NCBI GenBank assembly: GCA_024626585.2 | Contig: JANKJI020000002.1 | Location: 217,287,568 to 217,311,633 of the forward strand | Origin: Ginkgo biloba | Lineage: Eukaryota; Plantae; Ginkgophyta | Direction: 5' to 3' | Length of the DNA: 24,066 nucleotides | Shown: in pieces, positions 1 to 10,734 of the stretch | Layout of the letters: the number at the start of each line of letters is the position of its first letter | Numbering within the stretch: the stretch's first letter is position 1 | The notes under the pieces: generated by a model | What the model saw: only the letters and a program-made list of their open reading frames with translations | What the model was told of the DNA's origin: nothing | The model's database searches: none | Program-made: the position numbers and the translations under genes

Positions 1-148
1 TTACGAGGAAAAATATCCATAAAATTTATAATTTAACCCATTAGGTTAAACTAATAGAGAATAATTATTTCTATTTTTAATTATTTATTATGGTGGGGAA
101 TTCTATTTCTCCTATCAAAATAATATTCCTCCCCATAGAGTTATATCA
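1..148 (+). repeat. 3' end of the 5' LTR of element 1
   Basis: Ends ...TATATCA two bases before the PBS. This is a degenerate inverted match to the 3' LTR start TAATGCA (ancestral TGATGCA...TGCATCA inferred). Confidence 0.65.
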
Positions 149-150
149 TC

Positions 151-163
151 TAGTATCATAGCC
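151..163 (+). promoter_or_regulatory. Primer binding site, tRNA-iMet type (degenerate)
   Basis: TAGTATCATAGCC versus canonical TGGTATCAGAGCC (11/13), between the LTR-terminal CA and gag. Confidence 0.75.
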
Positions 164-438
164 AGGTTTTCTAGATAGATAAGTTTTATAGTGAGAATAA
201 GATAGAGATGGGATGGCGAGATGAGTTGCTTGAGGGGGAAGATAAATAACTAATAAGGAGATTGAATCCATAANNNNNNNNNNNNNNNNNNNAAAACCTA
301 ATGACACATACCTAAAAAGGATGAAGAATCATGATAAAAGGAAGAAGAGGAAGAAAGAGAAGAGTAACAACTAGAGGATATGGATTCATTATTATTAGAG
401 TTACTAAAGAATAATCAAGGTGTAGTGAAGATGGAATT

Positions 439-1230
439 TTGAATTTTAGAGGGAGTTTAAAGCCTAAAGAATTAATCAATTGGATTGGGGTTATAGATAA
501 GTACTTTGAGTGGNNNNNNNNNNNNAGATTTAGAGGATCCCAAATGAGTGAAGTTTACATGCACAAGGTTGAAAGGACACACATCCATATGGAAGGAACA
601 TATACAAAAAATAAAGAGTGAGAAAAGGCTAGAGAATAATAAGACATGGAATAAGATAGTGTCCAAAATCAAGGGTAAATTCTTACCTACAGATTATAAA
701 TAGAGTTTGTTATAATAATTTTAAAACTTTAAGTAGAGATAAAAGAGTATATAGTGGTATATAGATGAATTTATAAAATTCCCATAATAATTGGACATGA
801 GGAGAATGAGGAGAAGTTGACAATGTGATATGTGAATGTGTTGAGTTTTTTCATTTAGGAAAAAATTACCATGAACTATATAAAGATAGTGAAAGAATTA
901 TATTAGTTATAATTAAAGGCTAAAGAGAAATNNNNNNNNNNNNNNNNNNNNNNNNNNNNNNNNNNNNNNNNNNNNNNNNNNNNNNNNNNNNNNNNNNNNN
1001 NNNNNNNNNNNNNNNNNNNNNNNNNNNNNNNNNNNCATTAAAATAACATCAAATTTTAGACATGAATTTCCATGGAGGTAAAGAGGTGAAAATGTTTTCC
1101 AATAGACCCAAGGGAAAGGTGAATACATTCCATAAAGAGGATGATGATTTGGTGAATGATTCAATGCACTACAAAGACTTATAATTTTCTTTAGGTATGG
1201 ATTTAAATTTCATAGAGCATTTGAATGCCT
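439..1230 (+). pseudogene. gag: gag remnant of element 1
   Basis: FRGSLKPKELINWIGVIDKYFEW, then DLEDPK*VKFTCTRLKGHTSIW and TWNKIVSKIKGKFLPTDY; degenerate CCHC zinc knuckle (F)FRYGFKFHRAFEC at 1187-1228. Confidence 0.85.
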
Positions 1231-1367
1231 TATGATAAATGATGAATAACCAAGGAGAGAGGAGCCAAGATAAAATTTTTATTAGGAGGAGAAAAAGGAT
1301 GAACCCTATATTATTAAAAAATATAAAAATATGATGCATGATAGAATGTTGTTGGCACCTAGAATAC

Positions 1368-1569
1368 GGAAGTTGGACAAATGACCCAAGGAGTGGTTAG
1401 GAAATGACCAAAGGAGGTTGGCAAAAGACCAAAGGAGGGAAGAAAGTGACCCAAAGAGTTTGACACATGTTCAAAAGAGTTTTCCAAACGGTCAAGTAGG
1501 TTGGAGAAATGGCCAACATAAGTTGAGTGAACGACCAATGGAAATTCTAACGAATGACCCAAAGGAAGT
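1368..1569 (+). repeat. Array of about nine diverged 21-24 bp units (consensus ~GGAGGTTGGAAAATGACCAAA) inserted in gag-pol
   Basis: Units such as GGAAGTTGGACAAATGACCCAA, GGAGGTTGGCAAAAGACCAAA and GGAGGGAAGAAAGTGACCCAA; flanked by GGAAGT direct repeats at 1368-1373 and 1564-1569. Confidence 0.85.
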
Positions 1570-1584
1570 GAGCAAGTTGGAATA

Positions 1585-1960
1585 GAGATAGATTTTTTTT
1601 AGAATGGAGTTTGAGTTTGAAGGTAATATGTGTAAGGTGAACATTGGCAGTGCAAGTTATGAGAATATTGTGGCCATTGAGATGGTGCAAAAGTTGAAAC
1701 TAGCATGTTAGAAGCATGACTCACCTTATAGAATTGTGTGGTTCAAAAAAGGAGGTGAAGTTATGGTGAAGAAGAGATGTTTGGTGGCATTTCAAATTTG
1801 AGGGTACAATGATGAAGTATAGTGCAATGTTATCACCATGGATGCATGACATATACTATTGAGAAAACCATGCCAATTTGATCAGAGAGAAATTCATGAT
1901 GGAAGGAAGAACACTTACACCATCACAAAGGATGGACGTAGATTTATCCTTATACCCATG
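1585..1960 (+). pseudogene. Aspartic protease remnant of element 1
   Basis: GNMCKVNIGSASYENIVAIEMVQKLKL (decayed IDSGS site), KHDSPYRIVWF, CNVITMDA*HILLRKPCQFD and HDGRKNTYT, typical of CRM-type proteases. Confidence 0.88.
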
Positions 1961-2149
1961 AGGGAAGAAGAACAGCTAAAGGTAATTGTGTCCACAAAAT
2001 AGTTCATGAGGAAAGTATAGATGACAAGTTCATGTTATGCATTGGTGGATAAGAAAGTGGAGGATGAACTACTAGGATAGGTACTGAAATAGGTAAAAGG
2101 GTTGTTGGAGGAGTATAGGGACATAATATTGGAAGAGTTATTGACTAGA

Positions 2150-2621
2150 TTATTGTTTGATAGAGGTATCACTCATCGCATAGACTTGATTTTGGGTTCT
2201 AGTTTGCCAAATCAAGTTGTGTATCAGTTGATTCCACAAGAGAATAAAGAGATGAATAGGAAGGTGTAGTAATTGTTGGAGAAAGGGATAATTTAAGAAA
2301 GCCTAAGTCTTTGTGCAACACCCACACTATTAAACCCTAAAGAAGGATGGATCGTGGTGCATGTGTGTGGATTTGAGATCCATCAACAAGATAACCATAA
2401 AGTACAAGTTTCCAATGCCACATATGGATGTCTTGGTAGGTGCCTCATACTTTCTGAAGGTGGATATGAGGAGCAGGTATTATCAAATAAAAATTTTGGA
2501 AGGCAATGAGTAGAAGATAACATTCAAGATGAGAGATGGATTATACGAGTCGATATTTACACCATTCGGGTTGATGAATGTGCCTATCACATTCATGTAA
2601 TTGATGAATGCATTACTGAAA
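2150..2621 (+). pseudogene. Reverse transcriptase N-terminal half, element 1
   Basis: [50 protein letters not shown] and DGLYE...PFGLMNVPITFM*LMN. The YXDD region falls in the N gap. Confidence 0.93.
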
Positions 2622-3042
2622 NNNNNNNNNNNNNNNNNNNNNNNNNNNNNNNNNNNNNNNNNNNNNNNNNNNNNNNNNNNNNNNNNNNNNNNNNNNNNNN
2701 NNNNNNNNNNNNNNNNNNNNNNNNNNNNNNNNNNNNNNNNNNNNNNNNNNNNNNNNNNNNNNNNNNNNNNNNNNNNNNNNNNNNNNNNNNNNNNNNNNNN
2801 NNNNNNNNNNNNNNNNNNNNNNNNNNNNNNNNNNNNNNNNNNNNNNNNNNNNNNNNNNNNNNNNNNNNNNNNNNNNNNNNNNNNNNNNNNNNNNNNNNNN
2901 NNNNNNNNNNNNNNNNNNNNNNNNNNNNNNNNNNNNNNNNNNNNNNNNNNNNNNNNNNNNNNNNNNNNNNNNNNNNNNNNNNNNNNNNNNNNNNNNNNNN
3001 NNNNNNNNNNNNNNNNNNNNNNNNNNNNNNNNNNNNNNNNNN

Positions 3043-3180
3043 TCTTTGAAGTTTCTAAATTCTCAAGGTAATTTGAATGTGAGGCATGTTAAATGTCTTG
3101 AATTATTACAAAGTTATTATTTTATTTTGAGTCATAAGTATGGAAAATCAAACTGAGTGGAAGATTACTTGAGAATAATG
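3043..3180 (+). pseudogene. RNase H C-terminal remnant, element 1
   Basis: LKFLNSQGNLNVRHVKCLELLQSYYFILSHKYGKSN*VEDYLR matches the consensus LKxLNSQxKLNxRHAKWxEFLQxYxFxxxHKxGxxNxVADALSR. Confidence 0.88.
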
Positions 3181-3359
3181 ATAGATATTTTTAGCCACGA
3201 TGGCCAATGAGGTCATGGTGTTCAAGGTGATAAAAGAGATGTATGAAATGGATAAGGATTTTGGACAAGTGTTTTCTTATCTCAAGAATTTGGNNNNNNN
3301 NNNATAGGAATTTATATGAGGATTAATTTTTATAAGGAATTTAAACTATCAAAGGAAAT

Positions 3360-4420
3360 AATATTTGTATACCAAATCATGAGGGAGAATATCATATAGG
3401 AATTGCATAGTGGCATATTAGGAGGGAATTTTGGTAGAGAAAAGATAATGGAATTAGTATAGGAGAGGTATTATATACCAAGTATAAGGAGACAGGTGAG
3501 AATATTTGTATAAATATGTAGGGTGTGTAATTTTACCAAGGGATAATCTTAAAATATCAGGTTGTACAAATCATTACCGATTTTAGAAGGACCATGGATT
3601 GATTTCACTATGGATTTTATATTAGGACTTTAATATAACAAAAAACATAATGATTTTATTCTTGGTATGGTCGATCATTTTCCCAAAATGGCACACTTCA
3701 TTCCATGAAATAAAATGAATGATGATAGTATGAAAATAGACTTATTCTTCAAGGAAGTTGTAAGATTACATGGTATACCAAATACCATTATCTTAAATCA
3801 ATATAGAAAATTCTTAAGCCATTTTTGGAAAAGGTTATGGAAGAGATTGGATATGAGGTTAAAGTATAGAAATGAATACCATTCATAAATTTATGGGAAA
3901 ATAGTGGTAGTGAACAGGTCCTTGAAAAACTTGCTAAGGAACTTATAAGAGTATATACCTAAGAAATGGGATTCAATGTTAGCACAAAATGCATTTTCTT
4001 ACAATATATAAATGAACAGGTCTACTAAATTATCACCATTCTAAGTGATATATGGAAGGACCCCAAAGATAGTGATTAACTTAGTCAAGTTACCAAATGA
4101 GGAAAGTATTAATGATGATATAGAAGTGTTGACAGAGCACTTGAAGAAGGTGAATAAAGAAGTGAAACATTATCTCAAAAAGAGCAGAAATAAGTATAAA
4201 GAAATAGTAGATCATACAAGGAGGAACAAAGAATTTGAAGAGGGAGACATGGCCATCGTGTACCTAAGAAAGGATAGGAACCTATAACAAGTTAAAGTTA
4301 AAAAGGATCAATCCATGTTGGATTGTAAGGAAAAATGATGAGATGCTTATAAGGTTGATCTTCTTGAGGAGATGATATATCATAATGATTTAATGTTGCA
4401 TATTTATATAAGTATTATGA
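3360..4420 (+). pseudogene. Integrase remnant, element 1
   Basis: ELHSGILGGNFGREK...CRVC zinc finger; PWIDFTMDFILGL; VDHFPKMAHFIP; LFFKEVVRLHGIP; KFLSHFWKRLW; VVNRSLKNLLR; GPY/F-region AYKVDL...FNVAYL. Includes ORF 4045-4287. Confidence 0.93.
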
Positions 4421-4487
4421 ATGAGATGAGGATATAAGGGAGTAAATTACTTCTTGGTAGTACCAAATAACCTTGAATAAAAAATAA

Positions 4488-4616
4488 GAAATTACAAAAG
4501 TGTTGGATAAGAAGGTGGTCAAGATGAGAAGGGTCTAGTACAATAGGTATTTATGGATGTAGAAAGAGTTGTTGCATGAATATAGTACATGGATTATGGA
4601 GGAAGAGATACAAAAA
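4488..4616 (+). pseudogene. Integrase C-terminal chromodomain
   Basis: EITKVLDKKVVKMRRV*YNRYLWM*KELLHEYSTWIMEEEIQK fits IxxILDxR...YLVKWKGxPxEDSTWxxEEEL. Confidence 0.8.
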
Positions 4617-4684
4617 ATTAATGAACCAAAATAGAGAGGCTTAAAGGAAAATCATGATTAGGATCTCATGACATATTTGTAACT

Positions 4685-4862
4685 AGGAGAGAATAATGCA
4701 GGTGCATCAATCAATTTGTAGGAAGTGGAGACATTCAGCCAAATTTTGAAAGAATATTGAATAAATGAGGATGAACAACTAGGAAGTTCAACAATCAACC
4801 TATAGAGTTTTGTAAACAGACAAGGAAGGATAAAAAAATGGGCTATATAATGATTGAACAAA
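4685..4862 (+). repeat. Polypurine tract (4685-4693) and start of the 3' LTR of element 1 (from 4694)
   Basis: AGGAGAGAA directly followed by TAATGCAGG (decayed TGATGCAGG), about 70 bp after the chromodomain. Confidence 0.7.
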
Positions 4863-4962
4863 NNNNNNNNNNNNNNNNNNNNNNNNNNNNNNNNNNNNNN
4901 NNNNNNNNNNNNNNNNNNNNNNNNNNNNNNNNNNNNNNNNNNNNNNNNNNNNNNNNNNNNNN

Positions 4963-6830
4963 TCCTTAAAGAAATCGTATATTTAGGCTAGAATCCATAA
5001 CTAATAGGTCTCCTATACATTAGATGCATGCTTACATATAATATGAATTCTTATAAAACTTGTTTTTTTTTATGTTTTTTGGTTTTGATAGAAAAATGAA
5101 AACTCATGTCATCATAGAGAAAATTCATAGCATTAGGAAAAATATTTTGTGCTTAGTTCTTTAAAGGTGCAATGTGTATTAAAAAATCTATGATGTCTTC
5201 TATAATTTCAAACTAAGAGTCATTTTTTCAAATTTGCTCAATGAAAATAGTCATTTTTGATACTATTAGGTTTATTATAACCTTGTATAATATTTTACAT
5301 ATCAAAATTGATCTCTTATTTGTTGTACCTAAAGTTTACAAAGTTGTTTGGTCAGTTACTTTAGGTAGTGTTTAATAATCCCCTCCATCAAGACACATCA
5401 GTAGGTATATATCCTTATTTTGATCCTAAGATAAGGTATTTATAAAATTTATTTCTTTTTTTTTATAATTTTAACTTGATATAATTTTTTTCTTTAAGTA
5501 GGGAGGATCATAGATCCTAAGAAGAAGTACTTCCAATATTTGGCATGATTCCCTTTAGATCTAGAGAGAACTATAATTCAAAATCATTTAGCAGTAATGA
5601 GTGAGTTATGATTTAAAAATAATACGTATACATAATATAGCTCATTTAAGTTATTAAAGCATAAAGTTCCTTGTAATCATAATCTATTACTCTTCAAAAT
5701 GTGCAAGTCTCTACTCCTTTGACCAANNNNNNNNNNNNNNNNNNNNNNNNNNNNNNNNNNNNNNNNNNNNNNNNNNNNNNNNNNNNNNNNNNNNTTATAT
5801 ATCTAAAGGGAAATTTTAAAGTTAAACATTATACTAACCAATAAAAGGTTATATTGTTTAATATGAGAATGATAGAAGATGCTTTAATAAGGTGGGATGC
5901 TCAGTGTTCTTTCCATATAGTTTCTAGAAATCCACCAATTATAAATTGGGAGGAATTAAAGAGAAATATTTCTGAGGGATTATATCCAAGTGATTACTTT
6001 GATAATTCAAATAATAAGTGGCATACAANNNNNNNNNNNNNNNNNNNNNNNNNNNNNNNNNNNNNNNNNNNNNNNNNNNNNNNNNNNNNNNNNNNNNNNN
6101 NNNNNNNNNNNNNNNNNNNNNNNNNNNNAAGGGATTTATCTAGGTGATTGCTTGGATAATTTGAATAAGAAATAAAACCAACTAAGATAAGACAAGGGTC
6201 AAAGTGTGCAATAATATAGAAAAATATTCTTTTGGATTAGAATCAAACTTATAAGAAAATATTTTGAGTAAGAGAAGATCTTAAAATTTATTATCAAATT
6301 ATATCCTTCCATATAGAAAAAGTTGGACAAAGCCTTCACATTCACCTTGAAATCTAAAGAAAGAGTTTAAAATAGAAATTCTTCTCTAGTTTAAATAAGA
6401 CAAAGAAGATGACACCATATCAAAGGGGAATTTCCCTAAGGGTAAATGTTCCTCCAATATATCTAAAAGTAATAATTTTTGTGGTTTCCATAAATTTTAT
6501 GGTCATAGTGAAGAAGAGTATTTGACCTACAAAAAGTAAGAAAAAATACAAGCTAAATACTTAGTGGAAAATAAGGAAGAGGAATATTTAAAGATAATTG
6601 ATCTCAAAGGAAAAATAACAATGGATCCAAATCTTAATCTAATAGATTCTTCCATAATAAAAGAGGATCATGGAATCTTATTCATGTAAAAATATCAAAT
6701 TAAGAACCAATTACTCAATATAATTAAAAATATTATTTCTTATTTTATAGTGACCAATATTCTACTTCTTATGTAGAAATTTCCATCTCCTTATGTATTG
6801 GGATGGATGATATGTAAATTAGTGAACAAG
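4963..6830 (+). mobile_element. Second Ty3/gypsy stub: LTR end (5400), decayed PBS, gag and partial protease
   Basis: LTR-like end ...ACACATCA at 5400, then AGGTATATATCC (weak Met PBS); gag MRMIEDALIRWD...IINWEELKRNISEGLYPSDY...NKW (5854-6027); knuckle-like CGFHKFYGHSEEEY near 6480-6521; protease-region PSPYVLGW near 6783-6806. Confidence 0.7.
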
Positions 6831-6889
6831 GTAGAATAATCCAATGTGAATAAATATAGATTATTTAATTAAAAAAATACTATGTCTAC

Positions 6890-7240
6890 TAGTGAATATA
6901 ATCCTATCAATTGAATTTAAACTTCAAGAAAAATAGAGATTGGTCACACGCATCAAATCTTACACAAAGACCAGAATTTTGAACTGGGGAAACCCTCTTA
7001 GGGAGTAAAACTCTAGAATGATATTAAGATGTTCAACAAGGATTTACATTCACTATGCCTTAGCCTCTATTTTGTGAGATGCAACTCATAGGGATTTATA
7101 TAGTACAATATCCATGATGGTGTGGAGTTTTTTATTCTTTACAAAGACTCTCTCACACTCTTAGGTTCTATAGATTGTATCTATATTTCTTGGTTGTAAA
7201 CTGTTCTAACTCCTCATTTTTAAACAGTTTTAGCTTTGAC
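6890..7240 (-). repeat. LTR-like segment (3' LTR of the adjacent minus-strand element, or a solo LTR)
   Basis: TAGTGAATATAAT terminus-like motif at 6890; AC-rich tract with GGGGAAACCCTCTTAGGGAGTAAAACTC motif; minus-strand TATA (CTATATAAAT) near 7093-7102; minus-strand purine tract AAAAAAAAGGAGGAG near 7240-7254. Confidence 0.45.
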
Positions 7241-7359
7241 TCCTCCTTTTTTTTATGGTTTTTCTCTCTTCCCTTTTTATTTTATTGATGCCTCTTTAAT
7301 TACCATAACCATTCTTAGAAGTTGAACTATCTTGAGGTACCCAAACAATTTTCATAACT

Positions 7360-8850
7360 GTAAATAATGATTCAATTTATTGTGGATATGCCTAGGAAAA
7401 ATCTTGGTTCATGGAGATTTTTCCCCTTCCCTAGCTATTGCATCTAAGATAATGGTGCNNNNNNNNNNNNNNNNNNNNNNNNNNNNNNNNNNNNNNNNNN
7501 NNNNNNNNNNNNNNNNNNNNNNNNNNNNNNNNNNNNNNNNNNNNNNNNNNNNNNNNNNGATGTTTAGCCTTCTTTTCATAGGCAATGTGACTTTAGGTTC
7601 TATAAGCTTCAAGATGTCATCTAGAAAATATCCTCTTTTCATTAATCTCATTAAATTTAGCTAATTGAGAATCCTTTTATCCTTCCTCATCAATAAAATA
7701 TCTTGTCTAAATTCTTAAGGATATAATTTTAATATCAAGAGGGAGAATCGCCTTTATCCCATATACAATATAATATGGATTCATTCTTATAGTAGTACAT
7801 AACATAGTATGCTATGCCCATAACATAAAAAATACATTCATATGCCAATCTTGATGGTACTAACTTATAGTTATCTTCAAAGTATTCATAATAAGTGGTG
7901 TTCAAATATTCAACTTAGTCATTCTCTCAAAGTTAGTAAGTTTAGGAGGTCTAATATGTTATTCTAAATTTATATTAGAGTTCATCCATGTGATGATGGT
8001 AAAAAGATTTATTTTTCTCTCTGAGATTTATATCTATAATACCAAAGTAACATATAAATTTGTTAATATGAACATATAAATGGTATGTACATTATTATTA
8101 CTTGGTATTTAATATAAATTTATGTCAATTTCATGATGGAGGGTTTATCATACCAATGAGGTTGAGGCCCCATTTTGAAAAAGGCCAAGGGGATGAGATT
8201 TACTAAAGAGATTCTAATATAATGGTACATATTTGAATGTTCTCTTCATTTTTTACATCTTCACACATAATTTTAAGAATCACAATACATAGTCAACCAA
8301 TGATAACCCATCCTTAAAATTATAAGGGTAGTAGGCTGTCTACTAAAATTTCCTCTACATATGTTCTTATAATATTTATAAAGGACCTTTTTGGACATAG
8401 TAATATCAAGGAATTATAAGAGGATGATATTAAATGACTCATTATATAGGGTATTATCAAGTATAATGTGTTCCCTAGTTATGGCTCAAATTCTCTATCT
8501 TTGGTTTAATAGGGTTATGGTACTCAATACCCTTGAGATTCAAAAGAGGTAATAATATATTAATACCATTTATACTCAATAATGTCCTCGTGATCAACAT
8601 AAATTATACCCTTGTAAGGGAGGGTGTCATAAAATAGTTATTACTTTCATTCGGTAGTAGTATCTTTGCTAATTGTTCGATAATAATAATTCCCTTCTTG
8701 GCATTTTATTTAATGATTTTGAGGTCAAATTCTTGGACAAGAATGACCAATTTATTGACATGAATAGTGTGATATAGTTTATATAGTATTTAAAATATAG
8801 GATCAAATTATATTATTATGTTAGTATGGGCATTCAATAAATATTACTTA
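7360..8850 (-). mobile_element. Degenerate non-chromovirus Ty3/gypsy (Athila/Tat group): RNase H end and integrase
   Basis: Minus strand reads NKLVILVQEFDLKI...IIIEQLA; ICRGNFSRQPTTLIILRMGYHWLTMYCDS*NYV*RCKK*; FSKWGLNLIGMINPPS*N*HKFIL; DWHMNVFFMLWA*HT...PYYIVYGIKAILPLDIKIISLR. Confidence 0.88.
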
Positions 8851-9853
8851 GTTTTTTAATAGAAAANNNNNNNNNNNNNNNNNNNNNNNNNNNNNNNNNN
8901 NNNNNNNNNNNNNNNNNNNNNNNNNNNNNNNNNNNNNNNNNNNNNNNNNNNNNNNNNNNNNNNNNNNNNNNNNNNNNNNNNNNNNNNNNNNNNNNNNNNN
9001 NNNNNNNNNNNNNNNNNNNNNNNNNNNNNNNNNNNNNNNNNNNNNNNNNNNNNNNNNNNNNNNNNNNNNNNNNNNNNNNNNNNNNNNNNNNNNNNNNNNN
9101 NNNNNNNNNNNNNNNNNNNNNNNNNNNNNNNNNNNNNNNNNNNNNNNNNNNNNNNNNNNNNNNNNNNNNNNNNNNNNNNNNNNNNNNNNNNNNNNNNNNN
9201 NNNNNNNNNNNNNNNNNNNNNNNNNNNNNNNNNNNNNNNNNNNNNNNNNNNNNNNNNNNNNNNNNNNNNNNNNNNNNNNNNNNNNNNNNNNNNNNNNNNN
9301 NNNNNNNNNNNNNNNNNNNNNNNNNNNNNNNNNNNNNNNNNNNNNNNNNNNNNNNNNNNNNNNNNNNNNNNNNNNNNNNNNNNNNNNNNNNNNNNNNNNN
9401 NNNNNNNNNNNNNNNNNNNNNNNNNNNNNNNNNNNNNNNNNNNNNNNNNNNNNNNNNNNNNNNNNNNNNNNNNNNNNNNNNNNNNNNNNNNNNNNNNNNN
9501 NNNNNNNNNNNNNNNNNNNNNNNNNNNNNNNNNNNNNNNNNNNNNNNNNNNNNNNNNNNNNNNNNNNNNNNNNNNNNNNNNNNNNNNNNNNNNNNNNNNN
9601 NNNNNNNNNNNNNNNNNNNNNNNNNNNNNNNNNNNNNNNNNNNNNNNNNNNNNNNNNNNNNNNNNNNNNNNNNNNNNNNNNNNNNNNNNNNNNNNNNNNN
9701 NNNNNNNNNNNNNNNNNNNNNNNNNNNNNNNNCCATTATATAATAGGTATACAAAAGAGGGTTCTTTTAAGTAAAAAGCTAGATAGTATAGAGAGAAGAA
9801 GATGTTAAATTTCAAATGAATATTATTCTCTTGATTAAATTTAGAAGTCAAGA

Positions 9854-10734
9854 TGACACATATAACTACATATATATTTTTTCATGAAGAAACCAATAGG
9901 TAACATGATATTATACTAGGATAATATGACAAAATAAATGAACATAGGTCACCTCCCACTCATTGTGTATTATTATTTCCTTTCTAATGATTTTTCTTGA
10001 TTGTAATCCTTTTGACCAAACTCCAAGCCAATAAATGAATGAAAGAAATATGATAATAATAAAGTTTGAGGACACAATTGCCCATAGATGATAGGATATA
10101 ATTAATATTTATCTTATAGATAAATGAATCTAAACTAGAAGTAAAAAATATTCATGAAATGGCTTGGGACAGTGAAGAAAGAATAATAATAGAGGATGGA
10201 TTCTCTAGTGATTTGAGGAGAATTTGTGGTGAATGATGATGGATTCTCTAGCACTTTGGGGTAGAAAAATATGGTTAATGAGGATTTATATTATCTAGCG
10301 ATTTGAGTAACATAACAATAGTTATAAACCCCACTTTTTACCCAAATTTAGTCATATTTATAGGGTAGGGAGAATATTAGTGGTTCAAATCCACCAATTG
10401 GGAGTTTTTCACCTTGTGTTATGATCCAATCAATTTGAGGTAATTTGATTAGTTAAAAAGTACTCTNNNNNNNNNNNNNNNNNNNNNNNNNNNNNNNNNN
10501 NNAAATATTGAGAATTTAATTTATTTTTTATTTTATATCCCAAATAGGATATATTTCTTATTAGTACATAGTTGCAGAGGTCCACCACCTAATAGTGCAT
10601 TGTTAAATAGCTTAATGATCTAATAGCATGCTAATAAAAAATAAGGTTAGTTTCACAATAAAGTGAGTATTAGAGGCATAGAAAAAATGGATAAGCATTT
10701 ATCAAATTTTATAGATAATTTTATATATTATATG
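9854..10734 (-). repeat. Probable LTR remnant in minus orientation
   Basis: Minus strand ends ...TGTGTCA at 9854; minus-strand TATA (CTATAAATA) near 10354-10362; internal tandem repeat; non-coding. The far boundary is uncertain. Confidence 0.4.
10192..10307. repeat. Tandem repeat, about 2.6 copies of a 43-45 bp unit
   Basis: GAGGATGGATTCTCTAGTGATTTGAG..., GATGATGGATTCTCTAGCACTTTGGG... and GAGGATTTATATTATCTAGCGATTTGAG, starting at 10192, 10235 and 10280. Confidence 0.8.

Larger units (their letters stand above)
1..4862 (+). mobile_element. Degenerate Ty3/gypsy LTR retrotransposon, chromovirus, CRM-like clade (element 1)
   Basis: Ordered LTR end, PBS, gag, protease, RT, RNase H, integrase, chromodomain, PPT and LTR start, all on the + strand. 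Many stops and frameshifts. The 3' boundary is lost in the N gap at 4863-4962. Confidence 0.93.

Noticed and set aside
1350-1367. TGTTGG as the start of an inserted LTR
   Set aside because: It reads in frame as MLLAPR, the normal gag-protease linker.
1359-1562. Paralogous small proteins from ORFs 1359-1562 and 15091-15288
   Set aside because: They are antisense translations of the same minisatellite family.
1368-1569. CRISPR-like array
   Set aside because: The units are contiguous and diverged with no unique spacers, there are no cas genes, and the context is eukaryotic TE sequence.
8834-9851. Long ORFs of 306 and 331 aa (likewise 2601-3071, 15912-17078, 20817-21716)
   Set aside because: Their length comes from N runs.
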